Origin: Lama glama
Lineage: Eukaryota
Assembly (NCBI GenBank): GCA_028534125.1
Contig: CM052818.1
Coordinates: 35,466,001 to 35,530,000 of the forward strand
DNA length: 64,000 bases
Direction of reading: 5' to 3'
Shown here: piece by piece, positions 59,931 to 64,000 of the stretch
Position numbering within the stretch: position 1 is the stretch's first letter
Layout: each line of letters begins with the position of its first letter
Program-made: the position numbers and the translations under genes
The notes under the pieces: model-generated
What the model was told of the DNA's origin: nothing
The model's database searches: none
The model's input: the letters and a program-made list of their open reading frames with translations, nothing else

Positions 59931-61502
59931 CAGGTTACTTCAGCTCCCTGTGCCTCAATCACCCCACCTCTAAAATGGGGCTGACAAGAGCAGCTGCCTC
60001 GTAGGGTTGGGATGACCAGCCCATTATGGTGAAGAGTTGCCACCTCATTTTTCCCCCAGTGGATTTGTGGCTTGCTGTCAACACTCCATGAGTTTTCACT
60101 GGGTCCATTTACCTGTGTGACTCACTAATGTTTTTAAATGCTTGATACAGCAGGAACTTCTTGTCTACATCACCCCTACCATTGCCAGTTCATACCTTAC
60201 AAATGGCTTTTGTTAAAATGCTATGTGCCTCATGCACAAGATTGTGAAATAATAAAGTTGAGGGGTTTTATTTTTTTTAAAGATAGCGTAATGATGAGGA
60301 AGGTCTCCATAGCAACAAACTGAAGACTGTGAAGATGTGACATTTCAAAGGCCATGGGACCGCGAGGGTCACCCTTTCAAGATCAAAGTTGCAGCTTTTT
60401 GTCCACAACAAAGGTGCCAGGCTTGCTGGAGGAGATCGCCAACCCTCTGGCACAGGCAGGAAGGAGCCACAGTTGTGTGAAAACTGAGGGTTACGAAGGG
60501 GCTGGGTCAACAGAGAGAAAGCAAGCTCCAAATATTGACATTGCAAAACCACCTCTCCCCTGGTCTGGAAAATGGAAACTGAGCTGGTTGGCCTCACTTC
60601 AGCGCTAGCCAAGTCTCTCCAGGCAGGAGTCAGCCTTTCCCTCTTTGGTAGGTGGGCGTCCTGAGCCACATGACTTCCTGCCATCAGCTACAGAACCACA
60701 GCTGAAAATCCTGGACCTAGAGCGAACCCCAGCTCTCTCATGGATGTAGGGCTGCAGGCCTTTTCTCTGTGTTTACCTACATCAGGAGAAAGGGGAACTG
60801 CTGTTTTGCTGCGCCAAGAGGAACCCTAGCTGGAATAGAGCTTGTAAACCTCATAGCTTTGACTTTAGCACCCCTACCCTGTTCTCCCAGCTGCTCTTGT
60901 TTATAGTGATTCCCGGGGGCATTTTTTACTGAAGTCAGAGGAACAGTCCTGCAAGGACAGGATCATGCCCTGCAGATCTCCTGACGGCCAGCTAAGGCGC
61001 AGCAGTTCCCTAGACCTAGGATGGATGTCCTCTCCCATCTATCCATATTATGCCCTCTCTCCTTCAAGATTCTTTGCAAAACTGACCTTGGTTTTAAAAA
61101 CCCCTGGGAAAGCCCAGTCTTGCTGCCTGAGAAGGTGATCCTTCTGGTCCCAGGTAGCCCCATGTACTAGCCACCAAGGCCTGCACTCGGGAAGTGCGGA
61201 CCTAGGGAAGCACCGGCTGCCTCTGCTCTAAGATCCCATCGTTTGCTGGTGACCCCCACTGGCCTCTCGGTTCTACCCTGACCTCCCTTCACGGAACCCA
61301 CCTCTAGCCTGCTGGTCTCCAGTAGTGCTGATTTCCACACTGGGGTGGGAGATGGGAGAATTTCTACTCTATAGATGACAGTTAAAACCACAAGAGTTGA
61401 TGAAATTGCCCAGAGGGAGCATATAGGAGAGGATGGAGCCCTGACCTTGGAGACCACAGACATTTCGGGGTGCATAAAGGAAGACAGTCATTGCAGGAAA
61501 CC

Positions 61503-62000
61503 ATATTAGTTTCCTATTGCTGCCGTAATGAATTACCACAATTTAGTGGCCTAAAACAACACAATTTTATTCTTTTCTTTTCTTTTACTTTATTTTATTT
61601 TATATTACCTTACAGTTCTGGAGAGCTAAAATGGGTCTGCAGGGTTGCTTTCCTTCTGGATGCTTCCAGGGAAGCAAGTCTTCTTGACTTTTCTAGCTTC
61701 CAGAAGCCACCTACATCCTTTGGCTCATGGCCCCCTCCTCCATCTTCATGCCCAGCAGAGGAGCATCTTCAAATCTCCTCTCTATCCTCACTTTCTGTCT
61801 GACTCTGATCTTCCTGCCTCCTTCTTATAAAGATCCTTGTGAGTACAGAGGGTCCATCTAGATAATCCAGGATTATCTCATCTCAACATCCTCAACATGA
61901 TCATATCTTCAAAGTCCCTTCTGTCCTATAAGGTAACATTCATAGGTTCCAGGGATCAGGATGTGGACATATTTGGGGGACCATTGTTCAGCTAACCATA
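61503..62000 (-). mobile_element. MLT1-type LTR
   Basis: ATTAGTTTCCTATTGCTGCCGTAATGAATTACCACAATTTAGTGGCCTAAAACAACAC...GATAATCCAGGAT...GGATGTGGACATATTTGGGGGACCATT. Confidence 0.8.
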
Positions 62001-63539
62001 GAAACTCAGAAGGATGAACCAGGTGGGAAGGGCTGGGTAACAAGGGCAGGACGTCAAGGAAGTATGAAGAAGGTGCAATCAACAGGGAGCAATGCCACCA
62101 AAGATAAAGACATCAGCTAATAAAAGAGTGCAGAATGGGTTTTTTGCATGGTTTCCACAGATTTCTAACTGCAAAGACCAAAAAGTATATTTACAATGGA
62201 GAGAGCTGGCTGTCACCCCTTGAACCTGGCATCATCACACTTAGCATCCAGAAAAGTGGGCACCAGACACTTGCACTCCTGTTTTGACGCTCAGCGTGGT
62301 ACCCAGCACCGCCCATGAAGTGTTACGGCCCAAAGTATTTAACTGCATCCAATCACACCTTCAGATCAGATTCCAGGTTGCAGGAAGTACAGGAGACAGG
62401 AGAGCAAAATGAAGGACACCATGAGGAAACAACCAGACACAGCCAGTGACCCTGTCTCTTCAAAAGGTCAATGTCACAAAAAACAAAGAGGGGCAGGAGA
62501 GGGGTTGGGTCTGGTTAAGAGACATAAGAGACACAGAAGACCAAGTAAACACATGGTCTTTACTGAATCCTGATTTGAAAGACAGCAGTAAAAGATAATG
62601 TGGGACTATTAGGGAAATCTGAATTTGAACCAAATATTAAAAAAAAAATCAGGGAATGATTGTTAATTTTGTCAGGTGAGCTAAGGGTATTTTGCAGTTA
62701 TGAAGACTAACTTTTTTTGCTGTTTGTTTCTTTTTTCTTTCTTTTTACAGTGGAAGAGACCTGAACTTATATTTAGACTGAGGGAACCAGAGAGGGAGAA
62801 AGGGCAGAGGCACGGAGAAGGAAACAAGGGCTGTAGGGAAGTTCCTGAGGAGGAAGGAGCCTTTCTGGGGAAGGATGCTTGCAGCAAGGCGAGGGACCCC
62901 TAGCTGACAGCCCCTGTTTTCTCAGTGGGCAGAAGAAGGCCAGGCTACCTCTGAGACTGAAGAAGCAGATCTGCAAAGGCACTTGAGAAAACAGAAGGTT
63001 TGCAGTGACCACTGAAAGGGTGAGAGAGGGTGTGGTCAATGAATGGAGAGGGAGCTGCCCTGAAAGCCCCAATACAAACGTAAAGCATGGAGCTGTGGCG
63101 GCCCCAGCTTCACGATGTGTGGTTTTCTGGGGCGGTTCTCTGAGCAGGGTGATGGGGCGGAGAAGGCGGGCATGGCTGCGGCGGGACCAGGAGGTGAAGG
63201 CAGGTGGACACAGAGTATGGTTCCCACTGGGTCTGGGGTGGGGAAGCCAGGAGGGGCACCTCAGTGGGAGCTGAACCTGGGAGATAACAGAGGGCATCCG
63301 GGGAGGTGAGGTCTCAATGAGACAATAGGGGAGAGAGGACAAGAGGGGAAGGACAGAGCCTTTGGCCAGTCACCCCAGGAGGGAGAGCCCCAGGACCCCC
63401 TCTCACCCCAGCGTGCTGCAGGAAGCTGCCCTCCCCTCCTCAGGGACTCACTGTGGCACCGTCTCTGAGCGTGCTGGACTTGAAGCTGCAGTGCAGCACA
63501 AACACGATGCCTGTATGTCAGTGGGCTACTCTGAGATCA

Positions 63540-64000
63540 AAATGCCATTTTTTGAAATTGGGGTAAAAGTCACAAAACACAAAATCAACCCTTTTAAAGT
63601 ACACGTTTAATACCTGAACAATGTTTTCCAACTAAAGCATTTTCATCACCCTAAAAGGAAACCCACTTATTAGTCATCAATCGTTGCTTTCCATTCCTCT
63701 CTCCCCGAGTCCCTGGCAAACACTCATCTGTTTTCGTCTCTATGGATTCACCCGTTTTGGACATCTCACATAAATGGAATCGTACAATATGTGACCTTCT
63801 GGGCTGTTTCCACCTCCGGGCTATTGTGAATAGCGCTGCTGTGAACATTGGTGTCCAAGTGTTTGAGTATCTGTTTTGGGTATGTATCTAGGGAGAACTG
63901 CTGAGTCATATGGTAATTCTATATGTTTAACTCGTGGAGAAACCACTAAACTGTTTTCCACAGTGTCTACACCATTTACATTTCCACTAGCAATGTACAA
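63540..64000 (-). mobile_element. L1 3' region, truncated by the window end
   Basis: CCCTGGCAAACACTCATCTGTTTTCGTCTCTATGGATT, GCTGCTGTGAACATT, CATATGGTAATTCTAT. Confidence 0.75.

Noticed and set aside
54972..64000. Upstream EFR3B exons
   Set aside because: I looked for the expected preceding exon (recalled ending ...LQILGTNS) and did not find it; the region looks like one long intron, with ~120 N-terminal residues outside the window.

Overview
Mammalian genomic DNA, almost certainly camelid, judged from many copies of a tRNA-Ala-derived vic-1-like SINE and the camel-type beta-[21 protein letters not shown]. The window is the POMC-EFR3B locus. POMC is complete on the + strand: TATA at 20689, non-coding exon 1 to 20828, coding exons 24072-24203 and 26391-27050 (263 aa), polyA signal at 27204. 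Its known regulatory set is recognisable: neuronal enhancers nPE1 (~10.1 kb) and nPE2 (~11.4 kb), the pituitary '-7 kb' enhancer (~13.9 kb) and the proximal NurRE/E-box/Tpit-Pitx promoter. EFR3B lies convergently on the - strand: 19 coding exons (54971 to 32548), all GT-AG and phase-consistent, giving the C-terminal 696 aa, plus a ~3.5 kb 3' UTR; its 5' exons lie beyond the window end. The remainder is mostly L1, L2, MIR, LTR, DNA-transposon and SINE relics. I found no new gene system. The most interesting observations are lineage-specific changes in POMC: a lost gamma-MSH dibasic site, beta-endorphin I23M, ACTH A27V, an altered proximal NBRE/nGRE and an altered nPE2 homeodomain half-site. Also of note are nested inverted repeats in the -7 kb enhancer, a TSD-flanked 5'-end-only L1-like insert and two very decayed non-L1 LINE relics. 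Comparisons with human, rodent and camel sequences are from recall and need alignment; repeat family names are pattern-based, not database hits.
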